NCBI GenBank assembly: GCA_044345405.1
Contig: JBIJBE010000011.1
Location: forward strand, 1-64,000
Length of the DNA stretch: 64,000 nt
Source: Bdellovibrionota bacterium
GTDB lineage: Bacteria; Bdellovibrionota_C; UBA2361; OMII01
Direction: 5' to 3'
The notes beneath the pieces were generated by a model. It was not told where the DNA came from. It did no database searches and saw only the letters and a program-made list of their open reading frames with translations. This document shows positions 28,772 to 38,518 of the stretch, piece by piece (within the stretch, counting starts at the first letter, position 1; each line of letters opens with the position of its first letter). Both the position numbers and the translations under genes were made by a program.

Positions 28772-30184
28772 ATGGCTTATCGCCGCGTATCCGCTGGTAT
28801 TCGTAATCGAAGCTACGTAGCTATCAAAACGTTGAGTTTTGTCGCCTCGATTGTGGCGCCAATTTTGGCGTACGCGTCGCCGGTGACCGCTCCTGAAGGG
28901 GTCGGGCCACTCCCAGACCTTCAAGGTGGCGCCAAGACGGGCGCTCTCGTTACCAAGGGCTACATCGACAAGTACCGCTCCGTGATCCCTCCCGAACTCG
29001 CCGAGCTCGTTGATCAAAATGAGTTCGCCTTCGAGGCGGTGTTGCGACCCAAGAGCGGCGATCTTCTGGGCGAGCCTCAAACCGCGAGCTCTTCCCAGTA
29101 CTCGGTTGATGACAAGGGTGGGATATCGCCCTCACCCGTGAGCGCGCCGGGACTTTTCCTTACGGTGCCGGAGAGTGATGCGGAGTATCTTGAACCGAAG
29201 ACGTTCGGTTGGCGGATCTTGTGGAACACCACCGTTGCTCAGTGGCGTCTGAAATCCTTCGCGGCGACGACGAGCCTTGTAACCTTTGCCGCGGGCTCCA
29301 ACGAGGGCAAGCGAGTTGATTTCTCGGTTAGTCGCATCTATCCACCCGCGCTCGGACAATCTCCCGGTACGTTAAAGCCTATGTTTCGGGAGAAGATATC
29401 GGCTTTGAATCCGCAACCGTTGCTGGGGCTTACCTGGTTGACGTTGCGATTCCTCGGAGCCTCAGCCGATTACATGTGGGCAGCCTCTCCAATTAACGGA
29501 CAGGTGCGACAGATGACGGGAAGTAATCGAGCGGACTCACTCTTTAGCGGCGCGTTTTCTCCCGATGATCTCTTTGTATGGTCCGGTAAGGTGGAAGGTG
29601 TGGAGCCATCATCGGTGAAGCTCGTGAAGATGCTCGTTCCGGTCGTGGAAGGAGCTCCCACCGCTCAATCCACGAACAATGACGTGTGTGGCTCAACTGA
29701 TTTCTCAAAAACATCCCCGATCGATCTGAACTTCTCAACGCAGCGGTTCGCGGAACTGCCAGGTTGGATTCCCACGAACGTGCGCATGACCCTGCGCTCG
29801 TTGTGGCGTATCGAGATGACGACACGAGACCCGTTCTCGCTCGATGCTCGGCAAACTCTCTACGTGGACGCGGAGACGATGCTGCCCGTCTATCGAGTCA
29901 TCTGGGAGCAGGATGGACGGATGAAGAAGTTCGTCATGGGAATTCTTGGACGCGTTCCTACGCGTGAAGGAAACGGCCCGGGATGGCGCGGACAGATGAT
30001 GATTGTACCTGGCGCGGCGAGCCGATCGGTTCTCACCCTCCAAAGGCTTGAGACCTGCTCTCAGCTCATTCCAGGAAGAAACATTATAGACTTTGATCCG
30101 AGCTCGATCGGAACCAAGTCATCTAAGGTCAAAGGCACACCCACCCCGGAGCCGGAGGTTGAGGTCGAGCCGGTTGATGAGTAA
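28772..30184 (+). CDS. Secreted DUF1329-like protein
   Basis: Signal peptide; IDKYRSVIPP, DDLFVWSGK, YVDAETMLP resemble the DUF1329/LolA-like family. Confidence 0.6.
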   Translation: MAYRRVSAGIRNRSYVAIKTLSFVASIVAPILAYASPVTAPEGVGPLPDLQGGAKTGALVTKGYIDKYRSVIPPELAELVDQNEFAFEAVLRPKSGDLLGEPQTASSSQYSVDDKGGISPSPVSAPGLFLTVPESDAEYLEPKTFGWRILWNTTVAQWRLKSFAATTSLVTFAAGSNEGKRVDFSVSRIYPPALGQSPGTLKPMFREKISALNPQPLLGLTWLTLRFLGASADYMWAASPINGQVRQMTGSNRADSLFSGAFSPDDLFVWSGKVEGVEPSSVKLVKMLVPVVEGAPTAQSTNNDVCGSTDFSKTSPIDLNFSTQRFAELPGWIPTNVRMTLRSLWRIEMTTRDPFSLDARQTLYVDAETMLPVYRVIWEQDGRMKKFVMGILGRVPTREGNGPGWRGQMMIVPGAASRSVLTLQRLETCSQLIPGRNIIDFDPSSIGTKSSKVKGTPTPEPEVEVEPVDE

Positions 30185-30189
30185 TCGTT

Positions 30190-30636
30190 CTACTTAACCC
30201 GTCGAAGGTGTGTCGCGGTACGGCGTGGCTTCATCGCTGGAGGCGGCATATACCGCTCTTGGCGAGTCGTCATCGCGCGGCGCTCGTCGCGTTGCGAGAG
30301 GAACATGTGCAGGATCTCATCTGGAGCTGATTCCGCCCAGAGATACTCCTGACCACGAATTGAAGAAGCTCCCCAGATGCAATCCCAGGGAAGGACGCAG
30401 GTAAAGTACTCCGGTCCAAAGAGAAGCTCAGCGGTCACCTTCTCATCATCAAGGAAGAGGTCTCCCTTGAAAAAGCGGCTGAGCCGAAGGGTGACCGTCT
30501 TATTTTCTGAGAGGTGTGGAGGAATAACGACCCCGTCGGTCGCGGGGTTGATGTGCACGAGCACCTGCTCGTCATCGAGCAATCGCTCGATGGTTGTCTT
30601 TTGGTCGGCGGCGGAGTCTTTATCTGGTGTCATCAT
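30190..30636 (-). CDS. SspB-like ClpXP adaptor
   Basis: GVVIPPHL..VTLRLS..L.F...CVLPWDCIWG; C-terminal HLRRVK ClpX-binding-like tail. Confidence 0.75.
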   Translation of the reverse strand: MMTPDKDSAADQKTTIERLLDDEQVLVHINPATDGVVIPPHLSENKTVTLRLSRFFKGDLFLDDEKVTAELLFGPEYFTCVLPWDCIWGASSIRGQEYLWAESAPDEILHMFLSQRDERRAMTTRQERYMPPPAMKPRRTATHLRRVK

Positions 30637-31039
30637 GGAAACGAGTCCTTGAGTTTGAGTCCAATCCCTGGAAGCTTGTTTTTGTTCACATCCTCACAAC
30701 GAGGTACTGACAGAGAGGGGCGCTAAATCCTTGATTGAACCGTGTTTTACGAACACCGCGCCCCATCTCAACGGCTTCAGGTTCACCCCTTATAGATGCG
30801 ACCTGTGCGAAATGAGCTTCGATTGTTTGTGAGGCCATGAATCTTGTGTGGATACAGGCGGGTAGGGGGCGTTCTCCACGCCGGGCACTATCGGAGGGCG
30901 ACCATTCCTGGTCGCCGAAAGGTTGCGCCCAGTGAATGAACGTTGCCCTACGCAACGATATGGCGCTCAGGAACGAGCGCCCTCCCAGATCTCGGGTCCG
31001 AACGATTAACCCGCCACGGATACCCACCCTCCCCAATCC

Positions 31040-32821
31040 ATGACAAACTACCCCACGAACTTTTTCTCTCGCACAGAAGGTACTCTCACAGTGAACGCAG
31101 AACGATCTACACATTCACGCAACGGACTATGGTGTATCCTGATCGTTGCCCTTCTTCTCACGCTCCCGTGGCTCGATCGTCCCTTCCACACCCGTGGAGA
31201 GCCACGGGAAGCGCTCGTCGCGCAATCGATGCTGATCAACAATAACTGGATATCGCCGCCAGCGTATAACGGCGCGGTGCCATCAAAGCCGCCATTTAAT
31301 CACTGGCTCATCTCCATCGTGTCACTCCCGGGAGGAGAGGTGACTGAGTTCACCTCTCGTCTTCCCTCGGCGATCGCCGTGGTTTTGTTTTCGGCGTGTT
31401 TCTATCTCTTTCTCCGTCGGCGGACCTCGGAGCAGTCTGCGCTCCTCGCGGGCCTTATTCTGCTCAGCTCGTTTGAGTGGTTTCGTTCTGCGGTAACCTG
31501 TCGAGTCGATACTATCCTCAGTACAAGTTTAGCGGGGTCGCTGCTCGCGCTCTTCGCCTGGAGAGAAAAGGGGCGAAAAGGATTTCCATTTCTAGCGGCG
31601 GTTCTCATCACGTGCGCCGCGTTAACGAAGGGACCCATCGGTGTCGCGTTACCACTCACCATCTTCTCCTTGTTTGAGTTCGTGAGTGCGGAGAAAACCG
31701 TGGGGAACGTCTTCAAGATAGGCCTTCGGGGCGCGATGATTGCGGTTCCGGTGGTACTCGTCGTGTCCCTCTGGTACATCGCCGGATACCTTCAACGCGG
31801 CGATGTCTTCATCGATAAGATCTACTACGAGAACTTTGCTCGTCTGACGAGCTCCATGGAGGATGAGCCGCATAAGCATGCTGCTCCGTACATGTTCCTC
31901 ATGCTCGCGATAGGATTTCTTCCGTGGACACTTGTCTGGCTATCGGCGGCCATTCGGGCCTTCTCTACTCGTAACTATACGCTGCGCGCGCTCCGAGAGA
32001 AGTGGGAAGGCGCGACCGAGCTCCAAAGGTATGCCTTCGTCGCGGCTGCTTTTATCTTTGTCTTCTTCTGCGTCCCGTCCAGTAAACGCAGCGTGTACAT
32101 CATGCCTGCGTACCCTTTCTTTGCTCTCATAGCCGCGGAATGTATCAACACATGGGGGCCCCGCTCGCGACGGTTGATGCGTATCCTTGGGGATGTGCTT
32201 GTTGGTTTCGCGGCTCTAGTCTCCGTCGTCGTCATCGTAGGCTTCTTTCTTCCAACGGTTCCGCGCGCGCAGCAATTTGGAGCGTCGGTGGAGGCTAGCT
32301 TCTCGCTGTGGAGGGTGAGTGTTCTTGTGGGGTTGGGGGCTCTGGCGATCTCGATGTTTCGGGCCGTTTTCCGGGAAGGTGAAGCACAACGACTCGCCCT
32401 CTCTCTTGTTACCGCAGTTGTGAGTATCAGTGCGGTCGCTGCTGAGCCTGCCTTTTACCAACTTTCTCCGAGAGCGTGGTTGAGGTCTCCACAGTTTCAA
32501 GGGGCCCTCGATCTCTCGCGCCATGAGCGATTGTACTCCTTCGGATCCGAGGCATACGTTGCGAGTTTCTATCTGAGAAAGCCCTTCTTCACGGCCACGC
32601 CGGGCTTACCAGTCGGATCGATAGTTGTGGTCGAGGAGAGGAGTCTCGGGCGACTCAAAGAAGAGATAGCACCTCAGGTTCGCGAGGTCGCGCGGTTCTC
32701 ATCTGGCTTGGAGTCGGCGAGGAAAAATCTTGTGTTGGTGGAGGTTGTGGTGTCCGAATCCGCCTCAGACAAACCGGAGGTCCCGTCTCCTGACGGGCCC
32801 GAACGTATGAAAAACCTTTGA
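31040..32821 (+). CDS. ArnT-like GT-C glycosyltransferase
   Basis: GEPREALVAQSM..NWISP, SKPP, SRLPSA, LTKGPIG, GFLPWT, SKRSVYIMP; multiple TM helices. Confidence 0.85.
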   Translation: MTNYPTNFFSRTEGTLTVNAERSTHSRNGLWCILIVALLLTLPWLDRPFHTRGEPREALVAQSMLINNNWISPPAYNGAVPSKPPFNHWLISIVSLPGGEVTEFTSRLPSAIAVVLFSACFYLFLRRRTSEQSALLAGLILLSSFEWFRSAVTCRVDTILSTSLAGSLLALFAWREKGRKGFPFLAAVLITCAALTKGPIGVALPLTIFSLFEFVSAEKTVGNVFKIGLRGAMIAVPVVLVVSLWYIAGYLQRGDVFIDKIYYENFARLTSSMEDEPHKHAAPYMFLMLAIGFLPWTLVWLSAAIRAFSTRNYTLRALREKWEGATELQRYAFVAAAFIFVFFCVPSSKRSVYIMPAYPFFALIAAECINTWGPRSRRLMRILGDVLVGFAALVSVVVIVGFFLPTVPRAQQFGASVEASFSLWRVSVLVGLGALAISMFRAVFREGEAQRLALSLVTAVVSISAVAAEPAFYQLSPRAWLRSPQFQGALDLSRHERLYSFGSEAYVASFYLRKPFFTATPGLPVGSIVVVEERSLGRLKEEIAPQVREVARFSSGLESARKNLVLVEVVVSESASDKPEVPSPDGPERMKNL

Positions 32822-32889
32822 GTTGGCCCTTTCTATCCGTGAGGACACGGGCCCTTCGGATCGCCGTTTCGAGCGCAGGGGCGGGGTGC

Positions 32890-34026
32890 TCACCGCCTCA
32901 AGTACCCCCGCAACCCCGGCAACAAGAACACCGCCGCAATCGTCAAAAATACATTGTGCATCACCATAAAGGAAAAGTCTGAGTCGATAGCGAGGTAGAC
33001 CGGAAAGATCGCGATACTGGTAAAGATGATTCCGATGAAGCGCCTCCATCGTGGTTCGTGCATGATATAGGCAGCGCCGATGAGAGCGTAGAAGAGCGGC
33101 ATGAGGGCGCATGCGTCATAGATCCACAGGTACGGTGCGGTCACTTGGGAGATAGCAAGCACGAGCAAGAGCGATGAGCTGTCGATGACGCGCACCCGTG
33201 TCACTACGATGAAGACTACGGAAGCAAGGGGGAGTGCCCACAACCACAACGGCGAGTCGTATCCGAGAAGAGCTCCACAATCCCTCACGTAGGTGGACAG
33301 GGTCGCCGTGCGGAGGTGGTGCGAGAAACGGTTCGAGGTGAGCCACTCCGGCAGGTACACGAGGAGCGGAGTCGAAAGAGGCGCAAGGAGAAGGAAGAAG
33401 CCGACCGTTCGCGCCACATCCCTTGGGCTCGCGGTTCGCACGAACTCACGTATGATAAATGGCGCTGCGACGATGAAGCCTTGAGGTTTGATCGACAGGA
33501 GCGCCATGGCGAGTGCCCACTTCCACCATGGTCGATTGGGAGATTCGATCCACTCAACAAGAAGCACCGCTCCGACGAGGAGGAAGACGCTGAATTGCCC
33601 AAAGTAGAGGGTCGCGAGCAGGGGGATATATCCCCACATGAGGAGGGGGGCGTATCGTGGAAGAGGGGGCCACAACTTTTTGAGGCGCAGGATAGAGAGG
33701 TAGTAGAGTGAGAGGCTTGTAAACGCGAGTAGAAATTTAGCTACCGGAAATGGCCAAACGTAGATGGGAAGCATAAAGGTGAGGGTCCACGGATGCCCGC
33801 CGATGCGCTGAGAGGAGGGCACCTGGTTCATCCTCTTCGAAAGCACCTCTCGCAGTGCGTCAAAGTCGTAGGGATCGCCACCCTGTACAAAGAGCTGGAT
33901 AGCTCCCCAATGGGTGAGGCTATCAAATACACCGACGAGGGGATTGCTCGTGATCCACACGCTCACAATTGTAAAGATAATCGCCGCAATAAAGAGATGA
34001 GCGTGTCGCATGGTGAACGTAGCCAT
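32890..34026 (-). CDS. GT87/DUF2029-like membrane glycosyltransferase
   Basis: GGDPYD, HPWT, FGQFS, SIKPQ, PYLWIYD; polytopic. Confidence 0.75.
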   Translation of the reverse strand: MATFTMRHAHLFIAAIIFTIVSVWITSNPLVGVFDSLTHWGAIQLFVQGGDPYDFDALREVLSKRMNQVPSSQRIGGHPWTLTFMLPIYVWPFPVAKFLLAFTSLSLYYLSILRLKKLWPPLPRYAPLLMWGYIPLLATLYFGQFSVFLLVGAVLLVEWIESPNRPWWKWALAMALLSIKPQGFIVAAPFIIREFVRTASPRDVARTVGFFLLLAPLSTPLLVYLPEWLTSNRFSHHLRTATLSTYVRDCGALLGYDSPLWLWALPLASVVFIVVTRVRVIDSSSLLLVLAISQVTAPYLWIYDACALMPLFYALIGAAYIMHEPRWRRFIGIIFTSIAIFPVYLAIDSDFSFMVMHNVFLTIAAVFLLPGLRGYLRR

Positions 34027-34094
34027 GATACGAGAGGTTCGCCATCGAGCTTCCCTATTTGTGTCGACCGACGCAATCCGCAAACAAAGACCCC

Positions 34095-34132
34095 AAAAGC
34101 AAAGGGCTCCTCGCGTCGCCGCGGGAGCCCTT
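34095..34132 (-). terminator. Intrinsic terminator after rpsN
   Basis: AAGGGCTCC..CGCG/CGCG..GGAGCCCTT stem followed by T-rich tract on the minus strand. Confidence 0.7.
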
Positions 34133-34157
34133 GTGCTCGTGACCCTGTCAGGTGGGA

Positions 34158-34463
34158 TTACCAGCTGGACTTTGTAAGGCCTGGGATAAGTCCCTTGTGA
34201 GCCATCTCACGGAAGGTGATACGGCTGATCATGAACTTTCTGTACACACCACGAGAACGTCCGGTGAGCTGACAACGATTGCGGATACGCTCCTTAGCTC
34301 CGTTACGTGGCAACGACTGAAGCTTCATGCGAGCCTGGAAACGCTCCTCGTCGGAGAGCTTTGGATCGATAGCCTTAGCGCGAAGCTCAGCACGGATTGG
34401 AGTCTGGTGCTTAGCCATCTTGATGCGCTTGTTGTTGCGAAGTACTGAGCTTTTCTTTGCCAT
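34158..34463 (-). CDS. rpsN: 30S ribosomal protein S14 (long, non-zinc-ribbon type)
   Basis: [37 protein letters not shown]. Confidence 0.97.
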   Translation of the reverse strand: MAKKSSVLRNNKRIKMAKHQTPIRAELRAKAIDPKLSDEERFQARMKLQSLPRNGAKERIRNRCQLTGRSRGVYRKFMISRITFREMAHKGLIPGLTKSSW

Positions 34464-34617
34464 ACGAACTGTCTTACTAACTACTACGTACCACCAGGTA
34501 TACGTTGTGGTGGTTCTTAAATCTATGCTCCCGGTGCACGGATTGTGAAACGTACAGAGCGGGCGAATAATATCACAACTTTAGGGCGTGTCCATAGTAG
34601 CCAACCCTTTGATTTTA

Positions 34618-35838
34618 CTAGGAGCGCCTATCTTTTGCCCCCTCCCGGATAGAAAAAAGCAGGATCGACGCCATCAGAATGAGCGCCGCGCTGATCATGC
34701 TTAATGTTTGAAGGTCGAAGATTCCAAGGAGCGCGAAGGCGGTCATTGGGGCAAAGAGCCCCCGGACTCCGGTAAAGAATGTGTGGACCGCCATATAGTC
34801 AGCTACCCGCTCTGGTGGCGCGAACTTTGTTACCCATAGGGTCCATGCGACATCTCCCCCCGACGTTGAGAATCCGAAGATGAGCGCTGATAGCGCTAAC
34901 GCCTCCCAGGTGTTGGTCGCGAAGAAGGACACGATGCCGGTGAGGAACGACAGGTTGAGGATGATGCGCAGCGAGAAGAAATTCATCGAATCGAAGAGCT
35001 TTCCCCAGATGTACGTTCCGCCGAGTCGCGCGAGGTTGGGAAGGATTGAAACATAGACCGCGATCTCAAGTTCCGAGAGCCGCATCCCATAGATCGGATT
35101 CGCGAGGTATTCAGTTCGGAGCGGAAGCATCATCAGGTTACCAAAACCGAGCAGCATCCAAGAGATCGTTGTGTTTCGCAGTAACGCGTCGTGTGTGAGG
35201 TACCGAAAGCACGAGAGGATGGGAGCTCTCGGTGTGCTCGCGTTATCGCCGGGAAGTTGGAAGAGGAAAAACGACGAGCCCGCGAGCGCCACGCTGTAGA
35301 GCGCGATTAATAGGTAATAGTACTGAATGGCGCCATTAAGCGCCCAGCCAGCGAAGCCGCCGAAGATGATACTCGTCGCGATCCGAATCGCTTGGTTTTG
35401 GGCGTAGAGTTGACCCCGTTGGTGAACCGGATAGTTGTTGTGAAAGATGGAAGTGAGCAGCGGTGACGCGGTCGAGGGAAGTATGATTCCTATGCCGAGC
35501 AGCGTTACAAAGAGTGGGGTGTTCGTTACCCACACTGCGAGAAAGAAGGCGATCGAGGAAAGCCCAAAGAGCAGGGCAAGCATTCGCGGAGCGGAGTACC
35601 CGAGGTGTCGGGAGACGAAGAGGGTAATTGGGGTCAGGAGGAGGCCTGAGGTTCCCGCGGCGGCAATCACCGATTTATCGAAGGAGGTGCCGTGAAACTG
35701 ACGCACCAAGATCATCAAGATGAACACGCTGTAGCTCTCGAATACCCCGGCCGCGATGGCCCGATAACGCTCAAGCTCAACCGTTCGCGCAATGACAGCG
35801 TGTGTTGATGAGGTGGTATTGACGGGTGGGTGTGGCAT
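34618..35838 (-). CDS. MFS transporter
   Basis: About 12 TM helices; NYPVHQRG, WGKLFD, APPERVADY motifs. Confidence 0.82.
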   Translation of the reverse strand: MPHPPVNTTSSTHAVIARTVELERYRAIAAGVFESYSVFILMILVRQFHGTSFDKSVIAAAGTSGLLLTPITLFVSRHLGYSAPRMLALLFGLSSIAFFLAVWVTNTPLFVTLLGIGIILPSTASPLLTSIFHNNYPVHQRGQLYAQNQAIRIATSIIFGGFAGWALNGAIQYYYLLIALYSVALAGSSFFLFQLPGDNASTPRAPILSCFRYLTHDALLRNTTISWMLLGFGNLMMLPLRTEYLANPIYGMRLSELEIAVYVSILPNLARLGGTYIWGKLFDSMNFFSLRIILNLSFLTGIVSFFATNTWEALALSALIFGFSTSGGDVAWTLWVTKFAPPERVADYMAVHTFFTGVRGLFAPMTAFALLGIFDLQTLSMISAALILMASILLFSIREGAKDRRS

Positions 35839-35902
35839 GACAGATCGTGTACTCGTGATACTGTCTGGATTGCACCTCAGACGCAACCTTTCCCCCTGGA
35901 AT

Positions 35903-36475
35903 ATGACATCGACAAGTACTCGTGACCAATTGCTTGAGCTTCTTCGCCGATATGCGCCCCCAACGGCGGACCGTGCCTCTAATCTGGAGCGGATTCTCTC
36001 ATTCGTTGAAGGGGAGCCGGCGTGCGCCGAGCGCACCCATCAGTTCGGACACCTGACCGGCTCAGCGTGGGTTGTGAATAAAGCTCGTACCAAAGCATTG
36101 CTGCTGCACCATCGAAAGCTTAACCGTTGGATGCAACCTGGTGGTCACGCGGATGGAGAGCTCGATCTACTCGCGGTCGCTCTCCGCGAGGCGCGAGAGG
36201 AGAGTGGCCTCTCCTCCATTGTGCCCGTTTCAGGTGAGGTATTAGACGTGGATGTTCATGAGATCCCGCCGTTCAAAGATATTCCGGCCCACTATCACTT
36301 CGATGTGCGATTTCTTTTGGTAGCTGACGATAGCGAGGTTCCAACTCAAAATGAGGAGTCGAATGAGGTGAAGTGGATCGAACTCTCAGAGATTGGGCAG
36401 TATACCGATGAGGAGTCGGTGTTGCGGATGGCGCGGTTGGGGGCGATTGGTGCCACGGAGGGCGGTCATTCCTGA
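35903..36475 (+). CDS. NUDIX hydrolase
   Basis: GHLTGSA, HHRKLNRWMQPGGH, ALREAREESG, HFDVRF. Confidence 0.9.
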   Translation: MTSTSTRDQLLELLRRYAPPTADRASNLERILSFVEGEPACAERTHQFGHLTGSAWVVNKARTKALLLHHRKLNRWMQPGGHADGELDLLAVALREAREESGLSSIVPVSGEVLDVDVHEIPPFKDIPAHYHFDVRFLLVADDSEVPTQNEESNEVKWIELSEIGQYTDEESVLRMARLGAIGATEGGHS

Positions 36476-36546
36476 CCGCCGTGTTACGTGTGGCGACCCC
36501 TTTTGGGATACGTAACATTTCGGCGACCGGGGACGGTCGCCCTCCC
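36457..36546. repeat. REP/REPIN-like element, copy 4
   Basis: GGAGGGCGGTCATTCCTGACCGCCGTGTTACG...CGGCGACCGGGGACGGTCGCCCTCCC. Confidence 0.85.
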
Positions 36547-36577
36547 AGGCCGGGTTCGTCATTCCCTCCGCAATGAC

Positions 36578-37438
36578 TCACTCCCCCAAAAACCCCCGCA
36601 ACTTCTCAATCTCCGAACTCGCGCCATCAAGGGACGCTAACGCCGGAGTCTCAAGAATAAAAGGAATATGCGCGAGCTTCTTGTGGGTGAATACCTTCTT
36701 CAAGGTTTCGCCTCCAATGAGACCGTCTCCGATATTCTCGTGGCGATCCTTGTTGCTGCCTAACGCGGTCTTGCTGTCGTTTAAATGAATCGACCACACC
36801 TTGTCGAGACCGAACTCCCGTTCGACGTTATCGATCACTCCCTCAAGGTCGTTCACAAAATCGTAACCGCTCGCCCACATGTGTTGTGTGTCGAGCCCGA
36901 ATCCGACGTTCTCTTTACGTTCAAGCTGCCCGTAGATCATCGCGAGCTCTTCGACCTTATCGCCGATCACCGCTCCGGCTCCCGCTGAGACCTCAAGGAT
37001 CAATCGAGCGTTGTCAGGCGCTTTCTCCATAATGAAGTTAAGGCCAGAAACCACACGGTCATACCCAACGGCCTCATCCTCTTGGTCCTTCATGCTGCCG
37101 ACGTGAAAGATGACGCCGCTTCCGCCGATACGAGCGTTGAGGTCGAGGTCGTTGAGGAGCGACACTCGAGCGTTGTTGAATTTTTGATTGTCTGGGGTCG
37201 CCATGTTGATGAGGTAAATGGCGTGAAAGAACACCTTCTCCAGGCATGTTCCCTCTTTTGCCTCCAGGAACGCGTCTTCGATCCCCGCGGGAAAGGGGGT
37301 GATGTTCCATCGCTGCGGAGGGGAGGGGTGCACCTGAATAGTGTTGATTCCAAGCTCAACCGCCGCGCCGACCGCGTTCTTTAAGCCACCAGCCGCTGAA
37401 ACATGAGCACCGAAGTATCTTTTCATCGTATTCCTCAT
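36578..37438 (-). CDS. nfo: Endonuclease IV
   Basis: GAHVSAAGG, HAIYLIN, FHVGS, LDTQH, HLNDSK, DRHENIG, ILETP. Confidence 0.95.
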   Translation of the reverse strand: MRNTMKRYFGAHVSAAGGLKNAVGAAVELGINTIQVHPSPPQRWNITPFPAGIEDAFLEAKEGTCLEKVFFHAIYLINMATPDNQKFNNARVSLLNDLDLNARIGGSGVIFHVGSMKDQEDEAVGYDRVVSGLNFIMEKAPDNARLILEVSAGAGAVIGDKVEELAMIYGQLERKENVGFGLDTQHMWASGYDFVNDLEGVIDNVEREFGLDKVWSIHLNDSKTALGSNKDRHENIGDGLIGGETLKKVFTHKKLAHIPFILETPALASLDGASSEIEKLRGFLGE

Positions 37439-37513
37439 CCATTTCCCGTTGAACGAACGAAAGCCGAGGGGGATACTTACCTAAACGTGGATGTAATGTC
37501 GAGGTAAGGTTGC

Positions 37514-38326
37514 ATGGTAAGGGCCATTCCATTCTTTTTGGTAGGTGCTGTGCTAGGTGGTGTGGCGATGTGGAGTGTGTGTAGCCAAACGCCGCCCGCT
37601 GCGCCCCTTCCGGGGCCAGTGGCGACCCCACTCGTGTGTACTACGGAGGAGCTCACTCGACTTCAACACCGTGTGGCTCAACTGGAAAGTGAAAGGAGCC
37701 AAGTCGCCGCGCCTACCTCTCCGCTGCCAAACGGCGCTGCTGTAGCTACTGCTCATGAGGTCCCCAACCACGAAGGATCGAGCCCTTCGAACGATGTCCT
37801 CTCGTGGAGGATCTCAGCGATTGAGAAATTTGTACCTCTGAACTCCGACCAAAAGGATCGTCTTCGAGAGAAGTACGAGCGTGAGGCTCAAGCGCGCGCG
37901 AACGGTGAGGAGGTTGAGGCGGAATCCCTTGATGACATTCTCGGCGCCGAGAACGCCTCCTACTATCGGGAGCAGGTCAGCGCCGCGTTCAAGCGGGTGC
38001 AGACTGAGGAGGTCGAGCGTGAGTCCGTATGGCTCTCACGCAAGCTCGGGCTCACTCCTGATCAAGAGAGCTCGATGCGTCAGGTCTTTGAACGCGTCGA
38101 GTCGGAGGTTGGAAGGGGAAACCAATCCGGAAGATCGGGATTGAGTCCTCAAGATCGTGTTCGAGCGATGATCGCCGACAACCGGCGTCGACTAGAGCTT
38201 CGAAACGCGGAGCTCTCTAAAATTCTTACCCCAGAGCAGCTCCAAGCGTACGCTCAGATTGAAGCGGAATCCTCCGCTTCTGATGTGGAGGTGTTTCATG
38301 ACGCGGGGGAGGGGGCAGCTAAGTAG
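37514..38326 (+). CDS. Hypothetical membrane-anchored helical protein with LTXXQ (Spy/CpxP-like) motifs
   Basis: N-terminal TM, coiled coil, LNSDQ, LTPDQ, LTPEQ. Confidence 0.7.
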   Translation: MVRAIPFFLVGAVLGGVAMWSVCSQTPPAAPLPGPVATPLVCTTEELTRLQHRVAQLESERSQVAAPTSPLPNGAAVATAHEVPNHEGSSPSNDVLSWRISAIEKFVPLNSDQKDRLREKYEREAQARANGEEVEAESLDDILGAENASYYREQVSAAFKRVQTEEVERESVWLSRKLGLTPDQESSMRQVFERVESEVGRGNQSGRSGLSPQDRVRAMIADNRRRLELRNAELSKILTPEQLQAYAQIEAESSASDVEVFHDAGEGAAK

Positions 38327-38369
38327 GTTGCAAGCGATGGTCGAGATGTCCTGTAACGGATAGCACCAT

Positions 38370-38486
38370 GGGAGGGCGACCGTCCCTCCCTCGACCCTGC
38401 TCGTGACAGGTCGGTCGCCGAACTGTCACGCATCACCAAGGACATTCGCCTCACGTAACGCGGCGGTCAGGAATGACCGCCCTCCC
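38370..38486. repeat. REP/REPIN-like element, copy 5 (inverted)
   Basis: GGGAGGGCGACCGTCC...CGGTCGCCGAA...CGTAACGCGGCGGTCAGGAATGACCGCCCTCCC. Confidence 0.85.
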
Positions 38487-38518
38487 AGATCACGGTTCAC
38501 ACAGAGGTCGCCGAGACG

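Noticed and set aside
30686-31114. 142-aa ORF between the SspB-like and ArnT-like genes
   Set aside because: No motifs, atypical composition, overlaps the ArnT-like start; probably a divergent promoter region
34562-34582. Zur box upstream of rpsN
   Set aside because: Only a half-site resemblance (TGTGATATTAT), coinciding with an extended -10 element
35792-36036. Long head-to-head overlap of MFS and NUDIX ORFs
   Set aside because: Artefact of longest-ORF calling; plausible starts at 35838 and 35903 do not overlap
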